Assembly (NCBI GenBank): GCA_021819135.1
Contig: JAKASE010000008.1
Span: forward strand, 3,243 to 67,242
Direction of reading: 5' to 3'
Length of the DNA: 64,000 bases
Source of the DNA: Thermoplasmata archaeon
Lineage (GTDB): Archaea > Thermoplasmatota > Thermoplasmata > Lutacidiplasmatales > UBA184
This document shows positions 26,093 to 35,645 of the stretch, in pieces. Each line of letters opens with the position of its first letter. Position 1 is the stretch's first letter. Made by a program: the position numbers and the translations under genes. The notes under the pieces are model-generated. The model was given only the letters and a program-made list of their open reading frames with translations, did not search any database and was not told the origin of the DNA.

Positions 26093-27802
26093 ATGAGCGG
26101 AACCGCGGGGCCTTCGAACGACCCGGTATGGGTCGGCCACTACGCGAAGGTGCCGGCCCACGTCACGATCCCGAACCAATTGCTCACCGAGTTCGTGGAG
26201 GAGCGGGTCCGACGCTGGGGGGACCGCACCGCCCTCGTCTACTACGGGGCGAAGTGGTCGTACCGCCGGTTCTGGGAGGAGAGCGAGCACCTCGCCGCCG
26301 CCCTGGCGAAGGAAGGGGTCGGCCCCGGGGACCGGGTCGCTCTGTACCTTCCGAACGTCCCCGCCTACCCGATCTCGTTCTTCGCGATCCTCCGACTCGG
26401 GGCCGAGGTCGTGCAGGTCAGCCCGCTCTACCTCGGGCAGGACCTCGTGCGGCTCCTCACGGACGCCGGGCCGAAGGCGCTCGTGACGATGGAGTTCCTC
26501 TACCCGAACGTCGCCAAGGTGCGGAGCCAGGTGCACGTGCCGGCCGTCTTCGTCGCACGGTTGCGCGAGCTCTACCCGTGGTACGTCCGACCGTTCGTCA
26601 ACAGCGTCATGCGCAAGCAGAAGCTTACGACCGACTTCCCGACCGATTCCGAGGTCCGGTCCTGGCGGGCGGCCACCCGCGCCCCCGGTTCGGTCCCGGT
26701 CTGGAAGGGGGACCCGGCGAAGACCGTCGCGGTCCTCCAGTACACCGGTGGGACGACCGGCCGACCGAAGGCGGCGATGCTCACCCACCGGAACCTGCTC
26801 GCGAACGTGGTCCAGGCGACCGCCTGGAACACCCGGTGCGTCGAGGGCGAAGAGGTCGTCGTGGCGGCGATCCCGTTCTTCCACATCTACGGGCTCACGA
26901 TCGCGCTCCTCCTCGGGTTCGCGGTCGGGGCGACGGTCGTGATGCAGACCCGGCCCGAGATCCGGGAGCTCCTCAAGCTGATCGACCGTTACCAGCCGAC
27001 GCAGTTCCCGGGAGTCCCGGCGCTCTACCAGGCGTTCAACCAGCAGCCCGACCTCGCGAGGTTCCGCATCCACTCGATCCGCTTCTGCCTGAGCGGCTCC
27101 GCCGCCCTCCCGGTCGAGGTCGCCCGACGGTTCGAATCGCTCACCGGCGCCGCCCTGGTGGAGGGTTATGGCCTCTCCGAGGCGTCCCCCGCGACGCACG
27201 TGAACCCGGTGGAGGGGGAGCGCCGCGAAGGGTCGATCGGTCTCCCGCTTCCCGACACCGACCAACGGATCGTCGATGCCGCGGATCGGAACCGGATCCT
27301 CGCGGTAGGCGAGGTCGGGGAGCTCGCGGTCAAGGGGCCTCAAGTGATGCTGGGCTATTACGAGCAGCCCGAGGAGACCGCGATGGTCCTGAAGGACGGC
27401 TGGCTTCTCACGGGCGACATCGCCCGGATCGACGCGGACGGCTACTGCTACATCGTCGACCGCAAGAAGGACATGATCAATGTCTCGGGCATGAAGGTGT
27501 ACCCGCGCGAGGTCGAGGAGATCCTCTTCCAGCATCCCGCCATCGCGGACGCGGCGGCGGTCGGCGTCCCGGATGTCGAGCACGGCGAGGTCGTGAAGGC
27601 GTTCGTCGTGAAGCGGGCCGGGGCGACCGTCACCGCGGAGGAGCTGATCGCGTTCGTCCGGGACCGGATCGCCCACTACAAGGCACCCCGGTCGATCGAG
27701 TTCCGGGACGCCCTGCCCCGTAGCGGGGTACAAAAGGTCCTCCGGCGCGTGCTCCGGGAGGATACGACCGGTCCGGCGGCGCCCCCCGCTCCGAAGGCGT
27801 AG
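26093..27802 (+). CDS. Long-chain acyl-CoA synthetase (AMP-forming)
   Basis: AMP-binding motifs YTGGTTGRPKAAMLTHRN, GYGLSE, TGDIARIDADGYCYIVDRKKD and KVYPREVE. Confidence 0.9.
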   Translation: MSGTAGPSNDPVWVGHYAKVPAHVTIPNQLLTEFVEERVRRWGDRTALVYYGAKWSYRRFWEESEHLAAALAKEGVGPGDRVALYLPNVPAYPISFFAILRLGAEVVQVSPLYLGQDLVRLLTDAGPKALVTMEFLYPNVAKVRSQVHVPAVFVARLRELYPWYVRPFVNSVMRKQKLTTDFPTDSEVRSWRAATRAPGSVPVWKGDPAKTVAVLQYTGGTTGRPKAAMLTHRNLLANVVQATAWNTRCVEGEEVVVAAIPFFHIYGLTIALLLGFAVGATVVMQTRPEIRELLKLIDRYQPTQFPGVPALYQAFNQQPDLARFRIHSIRFCLSGSAALPVEVARRFESLTGAALVEGYGLSEASPATHVNPVEGERREGSIGLPLPDTDQRIVDAADRNRILAVGEVGELAVKGPQVMLGYYEQPEETAMVLKDGWLLTGDIARIDADGYCYIVDRKKDMINVSGMKVYPREVEEILFQHPAIADAAAVGVPDVEHGEVVKAFVVKRAGATVTAEELIAFVRDRIAHYKAPRSIEFRDALPRSGVQKVLRRVLREDTTGPAAPPAPKA

Positions 27803-27895
27803 GCCCCGGCCGGGCGCGCCCCTCGCGCGGGAGGTGGCCTCGCGTGCCTCGGGCCGCCCTGGCGCCGCCGATCGGGGGGATACCGGCGGATCGGC

Positions 27896-29089
27896 CTAGA
27901 CGCCCCGGGCGAGAACGTCCCGGGCGACGACGAGCCGCTGGATCTCGTTGGTCCCCTCGAAGATCTCGCTGATCCGCGCGTCGCGGTACGCCCGCTCGAT
28001 CGGGGTCCCGCGGATGTAGCCGAGCCCCCCGTGGATCTGGAGCGCCTCGTCGATCGCCTCGCTCGCCCACTCGGAGCCAAGGCACTTCACGACCGCCGCC
28101 TCGCGCGTCTTGTCGGCCCGCTCGAGCCGGCTCCACGCCTTCGGGTTCGTGCCCATCCGGTCCTGGTGCGCGGCGGCGTGGTAGACCATGTAGCGGAGCG
28201 CGTGCGCCTTCATCGCCATGTCGGCGAGCTTGAACTGGATGACCTCGTACTCGCTGATCGGGAGGCCGAACTGGGTCCGGTTCTTCGCGAAGGTGAGCGC
28301 CTCGGTCGTCGCCGCCTCGATGCCCCCGAGGGAGGCGGCCCCCAGCGAGACCCGCCCGACATCGAGCGCGGTCATCGCCACGTGGAACCCCTTGCCGACC
28401 TCGCCGAGGACCCGGTCGGGCCCCACGCGGACGTGGTCGAGGACCAGCTCGGCGGTCGACGTGCCGTGGAGGCCCATCTTCTTCTCCGACCGTCCGACCC
28501 GGAAGCCGGGGAGGTCCGCGTCGATGATGAACGCGGTGACGCCGCCGCTCGGACCGAGCTTGACGTCGTTCGCCGCCATCAGGATGATCGTGTTCGCCTC
28601 GCGGCCGTTCGTGACGTAGATCTTGTTGCCGGTGATCGACCAGCCGTCGCCGTCCTTCTCGGCGAGCGTGTGGACCGCCCCGGAGTCGCTTCCCGACCCG
28701 GGCTCGGTCAGGCTGAACGCCATGAGCCGCTCGCCCTTCGCGGCCGGGACGAGCCAGCGCCTCTTCTGCTCCTCCGAGCCGTAGTATAGGAGCGGCGTGG
28801 TCCCGAGGGAGGTGTGCGCACCGATGATCGCGCCGTGCGACGCGTCGACCCGGCCCATCTCCTCGAGAAGGATGCAGTAGCCGACCTTCCCGAGCCCGAG
28901 ACCGCCGTACTCCTCGGGGACGGGGACGCCGAAGTACCCCTCCTCCTGCATCCGCCGGACGGTCGCCTTCGGGAACTCCTCCTTCTCGTCCATCTCGCCG
29001 ACGATCGGGGCGACCTCCTTGGCGAGGAACGTCCGGACGGCGTCGCGGAACGCCTCCTGGTCCGGGCTGAACGTGAAGTCGAGGGCCAT
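27896..29089 (-). CDS. Acyl-CoA dehydrogenase
   Basis: Start at MALDFTFSPDQEAFRD (ATG at 29087-29089). It has FSLTEPGSGSD, and the C-terminus is YEGTNEIQRLVVARDVL. The longer track ORF reads on through the neighbouring gene in a different frame from that gene. Confidence 0.9.
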   Translation of the reverse strand: MALDFTFSPDQEAFRDAVRTFLAKEVAPIVGEMDEKEEFPKATVRRMQEEGYFGVPVPEEYGGLGLGKVGYCILLEEMGRVDASHGAIIGAHTSLGTTPLLYYGSEEQKRRWLVPAAKGERLMAFSLTEPGSGSDSGAVHTLAEKDGDGWSITGNKIYVTNGREANTIILMAANDVKLGPSGGVTAFIIDADLPGFRVGRSEKKMGLHGTSTAELVLDHVRVGPDRVLGEVGKGFHVAMTALDVGRVSLGAASLGGIEAATTEALTFAKNRTQFGLPISEYEVIQFKLADMAMKAHALRYMVYHAAAHQDRMGTNPKAWSRLERADKTREAAVVKCLGSEWASEAIDEALQIHGGLGYIRGTPIERAYRDARISEIFEGTNEIQRLVVARDVLARGV

Positions 29090-29091
29090 CG

Positions 29092-29877
29092 CTAGGCCCC
29101 CTTGAACTTCGGCGGGCGGTGCTCGGCGAACGCGAGGATCCCCTCGCCGAGGTCGTCGGTCGTCAGGACCTCGGACTCGAAGAGCCGGGTCTCCCCCTCG
29201 AGGCCGTCCGCGAGGGACGCCTGGATCCCCTGGGTGATCGCCGTCTTCGACGCCTGCACGGCCTTCGGAGCCTTCTGCGCGATCGTGTGGGCGAGGTCCC
29301 GGGCCGCGCGGAGCTCCTGGCCCGCGGGCACGGTCTTGTTGACGAGGCCGATCTTCAGCGCCTCGGCCGCCGAGATCATCGTTCCGGTGAAGATCAGCTC
29401 CTTCGCCTTCGCGAGGCCGACGAGCCGCGGGAGCCGCTGGGTCCCCCCGTAGGCGGGCATGAGGCCGTAGTTGACCTCGGGCGCGCCGAGCTTCGCCGAC
29501 TCCCCCGCGATCCGCAGGTCGCAGGACAGGGCGAGCTCGAGGCCGCCTCCGAGCGCGAGGCCGTTGATCGCCGCGATCACCGGGGCGCGCAGGCCCCCCA
29601 GGCGCGCGAGCAGGCCGTGGGTCTTCCGCACCATCTGCGGGGCCGCGCTGAGGTCGAGCGTCGCCATCTCCTTGAGGTCGGCGCCGGCGCTGAAGTACTG
29701 CCCCTCGCCGGTGAGGATCACGGCGCGGACCTTCGGGTCCGCCGCGATCTCCGAGACCCGCAGGTCCAGGGCACCGAGGAGGCTCGTGCTGAGCGCGTTC
29801 ACGGGGGGGTTCTTCAGGGTCAGGATCTCGACCCCGTCTTCCTCGCTCTTCCGTCCGACCTTCTCGGGATCTGCCAT
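29092..29877 (-). CDS. Enoyl-CoA hydratase (crotonase family)
   Basis: FSAGADLKEM, AAINGLALGGGLELALSCDLRIA and PEVNYGLMPAYGGTQRLPRLVG. ATG at 29875-29877. Confidence 0.9.
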   Translation of the reverse strand: MADPEKVGRKSEEDGVEILTLKNPPVNALSTSLLGALDLRVSEIAADPKVRAVILTGEGQYFSAGADLKEMATLDLSAAPQMVRKTHGLLARLGGLRAPVIAAINGLALGGGLELALSCDLRIAGESAKLGAPEVNYGLMPAYGGTQRLPRLVGLAKAKELIFTGTMISAAEALKIGLVNKTVPAGQELRAARDLAHTIAQKAPKAVQASKTAITQGIQASLADGLEGETRLFESEVLTTDDLGEGILAFAEHRPPKFKGA

Positions 29878-30104
29878 GCTCGTCACCCGGCGGCCGGACG
29901 CGCGGTGTCGTTTTCCCCTTTTCCCTGCGAGAAGGTTTTGGGCCGGCCCAACGCCAGGGCAAGGGCGGGTCATGACCGTCGGCCCGTCCGGAGTTCCCGG
30001 GGGCCCTTTGGTACCCCACCCCGGGCGAACCGGGCCCCCGTCCACAGACCCGGCGGGGAGAGGAAAGAGTAACAGGGCGGCCGCGGCACGGGCCCCCGAG
30101 ACCC

Positions 30105-31304
30105 ATGCCGCCCCGCGAGCTCCTGTCCCTGTCGCTCTACTCGCTCCTCGCGAGCAACCGGGGCGGGCTGTTCATCGTCTTCCTTCCGCTGTACCTGGTC
30201 GAGGAGAAGGGAGCGTCCCTCGCCGCGGCCCTGACGATCCTCACGCTCGCCTACGTCCCGGCAAGCCTCATCGGCCCCTGGATGGGCCGCCTGTCCGATC
30301 GGGCCGGCCGCCGCCGGCCGTTCCTGGTGGCGGGGGAGGCGGTCGCGTTCCCCCTGTTCCTCGCGATCGCGTTCGCGCCGGGGTACGTCCTCGCGGGCGC
30401 GCTGTTCGTCGCCGCCGAGATGGCGCTCGCGATCGGCAGCCCCGCGTACACCGCCTACGTGGTCGACGTCACCCGCGAGAACGAGCGGGGCGAGGGCTAC
30501 GGTCTCCTCAACGCGACCTCGAACGGCGGCGCGGTCGTCGGGTTCGTCCTCGCGGGGCTCATCACCTTCTGGTACGGCCTCGGGGCGCTCTTCCCGTTCG
30601 TGGTCGTGGTGATGATCGGGACCCTGTCGGTCGTCCTCTTCCTGGTGCCCGAGGCCCGGGTCGCCCCCGCGCCGCCGCGCCACCGATCGTTCCGGGAGGT
30701 GGCGCCGGTCGTGAGCTTCTCGTTCGCCGTCTCGATCCGCGCGATCGGCAGCGGGGCCGTGGCGACCTTCTACGGGTACTACGCGGTGACCCTCGGCGCG
30801 AACACCCTCGAGGTGAGCGCGGTCGCGATCGCCGGTCTCCTCACCGCGGCGTTCGTCTCGCTGCCCCTCGGCCGGTGGATCGACCGCCACGGAGAGATCC
30901 GGGGGATCTGGTACGGCAGCGCCCTCGGCATCGGGTCCTACGGGATCTTCATGGCCGCGACCGACTGGGTCGAGGTGGTCCCCGCGCAGGCGACCCGGAA
31001 CGCCGGGTTGAGCCTGGTCGGCCCGGGGATGCTGGCCTGGGTCGCCCGCATGTCCCCGGCCGACCGACGCGCGGAGTACCAGGGGATCTTCTCGCTGATC
31101 AACTCGACCCTGTGGAGTCTCGGACCGCTCGCCGGCGCGCTCGCGCTCCTGATCGGAGGATACCTCGGTCTCTTCGCCATGGCGATCGGGACGACGGTCG
31201 TCTCGATCGCGGTGATGGAGATCCTCTACGGCGAAGTGGGGCTCCGGGCCCGGTGGCACCGTCCGCCGGTCCCCGCGAGCCCGCCGCCGGCCCCTCCCTC
31301 GTGA
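30105..31304 (+). CDS. MFS transporter (12 TM)
   Basis: [13 protein letters not shown] loop motif and 12 hydrophobic helices. Confidence 0.85.
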   Translation: MPPRELLSLSLYSLLASNRGGLFIVFLPLYLVEEKGASLAAALTILTLAYVPASLIGPWMGRLSDRAGRRRPFLVAGEAVAFPLFLAIAFAPGYVLAGALFVAAEMALAIGSPAYTAYVVDVTRENERGEGYGLLNATSNGGAVVGFVLAGLITFWYGLGALFPFVVVVMIGTLSVVLFLVPEARVAPAPPRHRSFREVAPVVSFSFAVSIRAIGSGAVATFYGYYAVTLGANTLEVSAVAIAGLLTAAFVSLPLGRWIDRHGEIRGIWYGSALGIGSYGIFMAATDWVEVVPAQATRNAGLSLVGPGMLAWVARMSPADRRAEYQGIFSLINSTLWSLGPLAGALALLIGGYLGLFAMAIGTTVVSIAVMEILYGEVGLRARWHRPPVPASPPPAPPS

Positions 31305-31338
31305 GCATCGTCAAATAGCGAAGGGCGGTCGCCGGGCC

Positions 31339-31992
31339 GTGAGCGACGCCGGCCCGGAAGGCCCGACCGTCTCCCGAGGCGCGGAGGCGGCGATCCGCAA
31401 GGTCGACTGGTGGGGGTTCGCCGCGCTCCTCAAGGCGCGGGATACCAAGCTCTACCGGCCGAAGGCGCTCGACGAGCGGATCCGCCGGGAGCGGACCCGC
31501 ACGGAGGCCCGGCTCCTCGTGGAGGCGCGGCGCCTCGGCGTGCGTACCCCGATCGTCTACGACATCGACCTCCCGCGCCACCGGCTGATCCTGGAGGAGC
31601 TGCCCGGGCCGACGCTGCGCGAGCTCCTCGAGGACGCGAACCTTCCTCCCGAGGCGCTCGTCACGGCCGTGCGGGCCTTCGGACGCGCGCTCGGGACCCT
31701 CCACGCGGGCGGGATCTCCCACGGGGACCTGACCAGCTCGAACGTGCTGTTCCCCTCCGGTGCCGAAGGACCGCCGGCGTTCCTCGACCTCTCCATGGGC
31801 TCCCGTCAGCCGGGAGTGGAGGAGCTCGGGATCGATCTCCACCTCGTGGAGGAGGACCTGCACGCCCTGCACCCGAAGTCCGAGCCGCTCGTCCGGGCCT
31901 TCCACGAGGGGTACGCCGAGGGGAACCGGGCCGGCGAGAAGGACGTCCGGGCCCGGGCCAAGGCGATCAAGGCCCGTCGGCGCTACGCCTAG
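31339..31992 (+). CDS. bud32: Kae1-associated kinase Bud32 (KEOPS subunit)
   Basis: RIO-like small kinase features: YRPKALDERIRRERTRTEARLL, the catalytic ISHGDLTSSNVLF, and LDLSMG. GTG start. Confidence 0.85.
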   Translation: MSDAGPEGPTVSRGAEAAIRKVDWWGFAALLKARDTKLYRPKALDERIRRERTRTEARLLVEARRLGVRTPIVYDIDLPRHRLILEELPGPTLRELLEDANLPPEALVTAVRAFGRALGTLHAGGISHGDLTSSNVLFPSGAEGPPAFLDLSMGSRQPGVEELGIDLHLVEEDLHALHPKSEPLVRAFHEGYAEGNRAGEKDVRARAKAIKARRRYA

Positions 31993-32002
31993 GCGGTCCG
32001 GA

Positions 32003-33502
32003 TCACGCGCTCGGCCGGACCCGTTCGAGACCGGCCGTGAGCGCGGACGGGAGCGCGTCGATCACATCGGTCGCGACCAGCCCGAAGCTGTGACGGGCGG
32101 CCGCCCGCTGGCCGGCGTCCCCCGTCCAGTACGTCCCCAGCCGGGCCGCGGCGAGGGCCCCCAGCCCCTGCGCGAGGAGGCTCCCGATCACGCCGGCGAG
32201 GACATCGCCCACACCCCCGACGGTCATCGCCGGGTGGTGATGGGCGTTCTCGAAGACGGTCTCGCCGTCGGACCCGATATCGGGCTCTCCCTTGACGAGG
32301 AGGAAGAGCCGTCGTTCGGTGGCGATGCGCGCGATCGCCCGTCCCCGCTCGGCGGGGTCCCCGCCGCCCGGGCCGTGGAACACGCGCTCGAACTCGCCGG
32401 TGTTCGGGGTCGCGAGTACCGGCGCCGAGCGCTCGAGCGTCCGGTCCGCCGGACCCGGGAGCGCGACGAGCCCGTCCGCGTCGACGACCATCGGGACCTT
32501 GCCGAGGAGCTCCCGCTCGAGGGTGTGCAACGCCTCGGTGGTCTCGGGGTGCACCCCGGCCCCCATTCCAAGGACGACGGCCCGCACCGGCATCGCGTGG
32601 AGGAACGAGAGGATCTCGGGGACATCGGTCGGGCGGAACCGCTCGATGCCGAACGCCCGCACGATCAGGTTAGGGCTGAACGACTGGATCCGCTCGGCGG
32701 CTCCGGCGGGCGCGAGGATCGTCGCCCTCTCGGCGCCCGACCGGAGCGCCGCGAGCCCGGCGAGCGCGGGCGCCCCCGCGTAGGGGCCCCCGCCGATCAC
32801 GACGAGCCGGCCCGACCGGCCGCGGTCGGTCCGGCCTGTCGGCGGCCGGAAGAACAGGAAGTCGCCGGGCCCGGTGCGTCGCCAGGCCTCCGGCGGGATG
32901 CCGATGTCGCGGGTGGTGACCTCGCCGGGGACGCCGTGGGCGAGGTCCTCCTTCGGGGTCGTCAGGGTGACGGTCCACGACGGGTGGAGGCCCTCCGGAT
33001 CGAGGACCCCGGTCGGGAGATCGATCGAGAGCACCGGCGCCCGGCTCTCGGCGATCGATCGTACGGCCTCCCGGATCACGCCCTTCATCGGCGCGGACTG
33101 CCCGGTGCCGAGGAGGGCGTCGAGGACGAGCGGCAGGCTCGAAAGCTCCTCGGGCCGGGGCACGCGCAGGTGAACAGGACAGCGGTGCTGGACGCGCTCG
33201 AAGCACCGGCGCGCCGCGCGGGACCGGATCTCGGACGGGGGGCGGACCATCCAGATCTCGGGCGAATACCCCCACTGCTGGAGGTAGAACGCGGCGCACG
33301 TCCCGTCGCCGCCGTTGTTGCCGGCGCTCGCGACGACGCCGACCCGGGCCGGGGCGGACGGGAGATGCCGGGTCGCCTCCTCGGCGACCGCCCGGCCGGC
33401 GTTCTCCATGAGCGCGTCGAGCGAGACCCCGAGGGCGACCGCGTTCTGTTCGACGACCGCCATCTCCTCCGAGGAGAGCGGTCGGCGCAGGCTAGCCCAC
33501 AT
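32003..33502 (-). CDS. nnr: Bifunctional NAD(P)H-hydrate repair enzyme (epimerase/dehydratase)
   Basis: N-terminal YjeF_N domain with AGNNGGDG. C-terminal carbohydrate-kinase domain with GDVLAGVIGSLLAQG. Confidence 0.9.
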   Translation of the reverse strand: MWASLRRPLSSEEMAVVEQNAVALGVSLDALMENAGRAVAEEATRHLPSAPARVGVVASAGNNGGDGTCAAFYLQQWGYSPEIWMVRPPSEIRSRAARRCFERVQHRCPVHLRVPRPEELSSLPLVLDALLGTGQSAPMKGVIREAVRSIAESRAPVLSIDLPTGVLDPEGLHPSWTVTLTTPKEDLAHGVPGEVTTRDIGIPPEAWRRTGPGDFLFFRPPTGRTDRGRSGRLVVIGGGPYAGAPALAGLAALRSGAERATILAPAGAAERIQSFSPNLIVRAFGIERFRPTDVPEILSFLHAMPVRAVVLGMGAGVHPETTEALHTLERELLGKVPMVVDADGLVALPGPADRTLERSAPVLATPNTGEFERVFHGPGGGDPAERGRAIARIATERRLFLLVKGEPDIGSDGETVFENAHHHPAMTVGGVGDVLAGVIGSLLAQGLGALAAARLGTYWTGDAGQRAAARHSFGLVATDVIDALPSALTAGLERVRPSA

Positions 33503-33514
33503 CGTCCGTCCGGC

Positions 33515-33985
33515 CTACGGCGCGCTCGCGCCCTCGGTCGACACGTCCGTGGAGAACAGGTTCATGGAGGACGGCAGGAGGTTGCGGCGCGCGAGGTACT
33601 GGGACTGGGTCCGGCTGTAGCGGAAGAGGATGTCGGCCTTCCCTTCCTGGAACCCCCAGGGACGGATGACCAAGAGGTCCCCCTCGCGGATCCACATCTT
33701 CTTCTTCATCTTGCCCGTGATCCGCCCCATGCGCGAGATGTTGTCCTCGCACATCACTCGGATCCGGGCCGCCCCGAGGAGCTGGCTCGCGATCCCGAAG
33801 ACCTCGCCGCGTTCGCGTCGGGGGAGCGGAAGCCGGCCGACCTCCTCGCCGCCCTCGACGACCGCGACGACGGCCGGCGCCGGCTCGGTCTCGGGGGACG
33901 TCGCCGGAAGGTGCGGGGGGGTCTCGGGCACGCCGGTGCGAGCCGGGGCCACTATTTCAGCGGTTCCGTTCGACACGCTCCTCAC
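33515..33985 (-). CDS. eif1a: Translation initiation factor aIF-1A with an extended N-terminus
   Basis: S1-like core EVFGIASQLLGAARIRVMCEDN..RMGRITGKMKKKMWIREGDLLVIRPW. The only in-frame starts are GTGs at 33985, 33976, 33952 and 33931, so at least about 30 extra Pro/Ala/Glu-rich residues precede the core. Confidence 0.9.
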   Translation of the reverse strand: MRSVSNGTAEIVAPARTGVPETPPHLPATSPETEPAPAVVAVVEGGEEVGRLPLPRRERGEVFGIASQLLGAARIRVMCEDNISRMGRITGKMKKKMWIREGDLLVIRPWGFQEGKADILFRYSRTQSQYLARRNLLPSSMNLFSTDVSTEGASAP

Positions 33986-33988
33986 CGG

Positions 33989-34840
33989 TCAGTGCGGCCG
34001 GAGCGGGGGGTAGACCCGGAGCGGGTTCTCCTCGAGGATGTGGCGCTGAGCCTCGGCGGGGATCGGCAGGGCCCGGAAGGCCCGCAGATTGTCGCCGATG
34101 TCCCGGACCCCCGGTCCGGGCCAGTCGGTGCCGAAGAGGACCTTGTCGGCGAAGCGGGCGAGCGAGGGGAAGTACTCGAGGAGCCGGACCGGCGGGACCC
34201 CCGAGATCTCGAGCCAGACGTTCGGGAACCGGCGCGAGAGGAAGGCCGCCGTCTCCATCCAGAGCGGCCGGCCGCCGTGGGCGAGCACGATCGTGAGGTC
34301 CGGGAAGTCGACCGCGACGTCCTCGACGAGCAGTGGGTCGGCGAACCGGTTGCGGGCCCCCGGGAAGACCGAGGTACCCGTGTGGAAGATGATCGGGAGC
34401 CGATGCCGCTGGCACGCCTCGTAGAGCGCCCGGAGCCCGGGCCGCTCCCCGTCCACGTAGGCGTTCGGGCGGAACAGCTGGTGCGGAGGGTGGAGCTTCA
34501 GCGCCCGGATCCCGAGCTCCTCCACCATGCGGGCGATCTCCCGCTCGGGATCGGGGCGGTCGACGTGGATCCCCCCGACCGCGACGAGCCGCTCGGGGTC
34601 GGCCCGGACGTACTCGCTCACGAACGCGTTCGATCGCTCGGTGTACCCGATCACCTCGGGGGAGACGTAGTTCACGAGGAGCGCCCGCTCAACGCCGCAG
34701 CGGTCGAGGTAGGCGAGGAACTCCTTCGGATCCTCGACGTACCGGGCGATCGTCGGATCGAGGTGCTCGAGGAGCCGGAGCGCCTCCGGGCGCATCTCCG
34801 ATACGAGGTTCACGTGCACGTGGCAATCGGTGACGCCCAT
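33989..34840 (-). CDS. Amidohydrolase-2 family protein (ACMSD-like metal-dependent hydrolase)
   Basis: N-terminal DCHVHV, together with later HPPHQ, HTG and AHGG motifs and FGTDWP. Confidence 0.8.
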   Translation of the reverse strand: MGVTDCHVHVNLVSEMRPEALRLLEHLDPTIARYVEDPKEFLAYLDRCGVERALLVNYVSPEVIGYTERSNAFVSEYVRADPERLVAVGGIHVDRPDPEREIARMVEELGIRALKLHPPHQLFRPNAYVDGERPGLRALYEACQRHRLPIIFHTGTSVFPGARNRFADPLLVEDVAVDFPDLTIVLAHGGRPLWMETAAFLSRRFPNVWLEISGVPPVRLLEYFPSLARFADKVLFGTDWPGPGVRDIGDNLRAFRALPIPAEAQRHILEENPLRVYPPLRPH

Positions 34841-34931
34841 CGGGCACCGGGACGGGCATCCTCCTATAAGCGGGCCGGCCGCGCGTATCGGGACGAGCCT
34901 TTATTTGGGACGGACCGCCCAGTCGACGGCG

Positions 34932-35546
34932 ATGTCGGCCTCGGTCCCCCGGACAATGCCGAAGCACCTCAAGGCGACGTACCTCGCCGATCAGGAGTCT
35001 CTGCTCGAGGAGACCCGGGCGACCGGCCTCTTCTACTTCCCGGGGGTCGTCCTCTGGCTCCTCTTCTGGGGGGTGCTCTCCTACCTCTCGGCCGCCGAGA
35101 TCTATGGCTGGGCCGGCCAGGTCGGCGCCTACTCGACCCTCGTCTCGAAGCTGCCGGTCAACGACCACTACGTCCTGTACGCCCTCCTGTTCCTCGAGCT
35201 GATCGGCCTGGTGTGGCTCCTCGTGCGCTACCTGCGATGGGTCTCGACCGTGTACGCCGTCACCACCCGTCGCGTGATCGTGCAGCGGGGGATCCTGGGG
35301 CGCGATTTCGACGAGATCCCGGTGCTCCAGGTCCGGGGCGTGGACGTCCACCAGACCGTCGGCCAGCGGCTCCTCGGCTACGGCACGGTCCGGGTCAGCG
35401 CGGAGGGTCTCGGTAAGGTCGGCAACGAGGATTGGGTGGGGATCCCGAAGCCGTTCCGCTTCCAGAAGCTCATCGAGGGCGCGGCGACGAACCTCCAGCC
35501 CGGGGGGCCGGTCGCGTGGGCCAATCCCGCGACGGGCCGCCGGTAG
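34932..35546 (+). CDS. Membrane protein with a bacterial-type PH domain (bPH_2/YdbT-like)
   Basis: Two TM helices are followed by YAVTTRRVIVQRGILGRDFDEIPVLQVRGVDVHQTVGQRLLGYGTVRV. ATG at 34932. Confidence 0.7.
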   Translation: MSASVPRTMPKHLKATYLADQESLLEETRATGLFYFPGVVLWLLFWGVLSYLSAAEIYGWAGQVGAYSTLVSKLPVNDHYVLYALLFLELIGLVWLLVRYLRWVSTVYAVTTRRVIVQRGILGRDFDEIPVLQVRGVDVHQTVGQRLLGYGTVRVSAEGLGKVGNEDWVGIPKPFRFQKLIEGAATNLQPGGPVAWANPATGRR

Positions 35547-35645
35547 ACCCGGACCCGCTCCCCGAGCCATCGGCCGACGCGGACCGTACGGCTAGTGCTT
35601 TGCGGCGAAGGCCCCTAGGGGCGCCGACCTAGGGAGCCCGGTTCG

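Noticed and set aside
30040-30104. RNase P CR-I-like GAGAGGAAAGAG and CCACAGACCCGGCG upstream of the MFS gene.
   Set aside because: The gap between two solid genes is only 227 bp, which is too short for RNase P RNA, and no partner motifs are present. Short GC-rich matches like these are expected by chance in this window.
27896-30106. 736-aa single ORF spanning the acyl-CoA dehydrogenase and enoyl-CoA hydratase loci.
   Set aside because: Only the C-terminal 397 aa (from MALDFTF) are ACAD-like. The upstream part is Arg/Pro/Gly-rich and overlaps the crotonase gene, which is read in another frame.
31760-35416. 1218-aa ORF on the plus strand. It is the longest ORF in the track.
   Set aside because: Its composition is extreme in Arg/Pro/Gly/Asp/Glu with no motifs. 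It runs antisense or out of frame across five well-supported genes (bud32, nnr, eif1a, the amidohydrolase gene and the PH-domain protein gene). This is a typical stop-codon-poor artefact of very GC-rich DNA.
35614-35633. Two CCTAGG palindromes 14 bp apart, flanking GGCGCC, upstream of alaX.
   Set aside because: These are short hexamers. They could be an operator, but they are equally likely to be chance or restriction-site-like sequence, and there is no supporting context.
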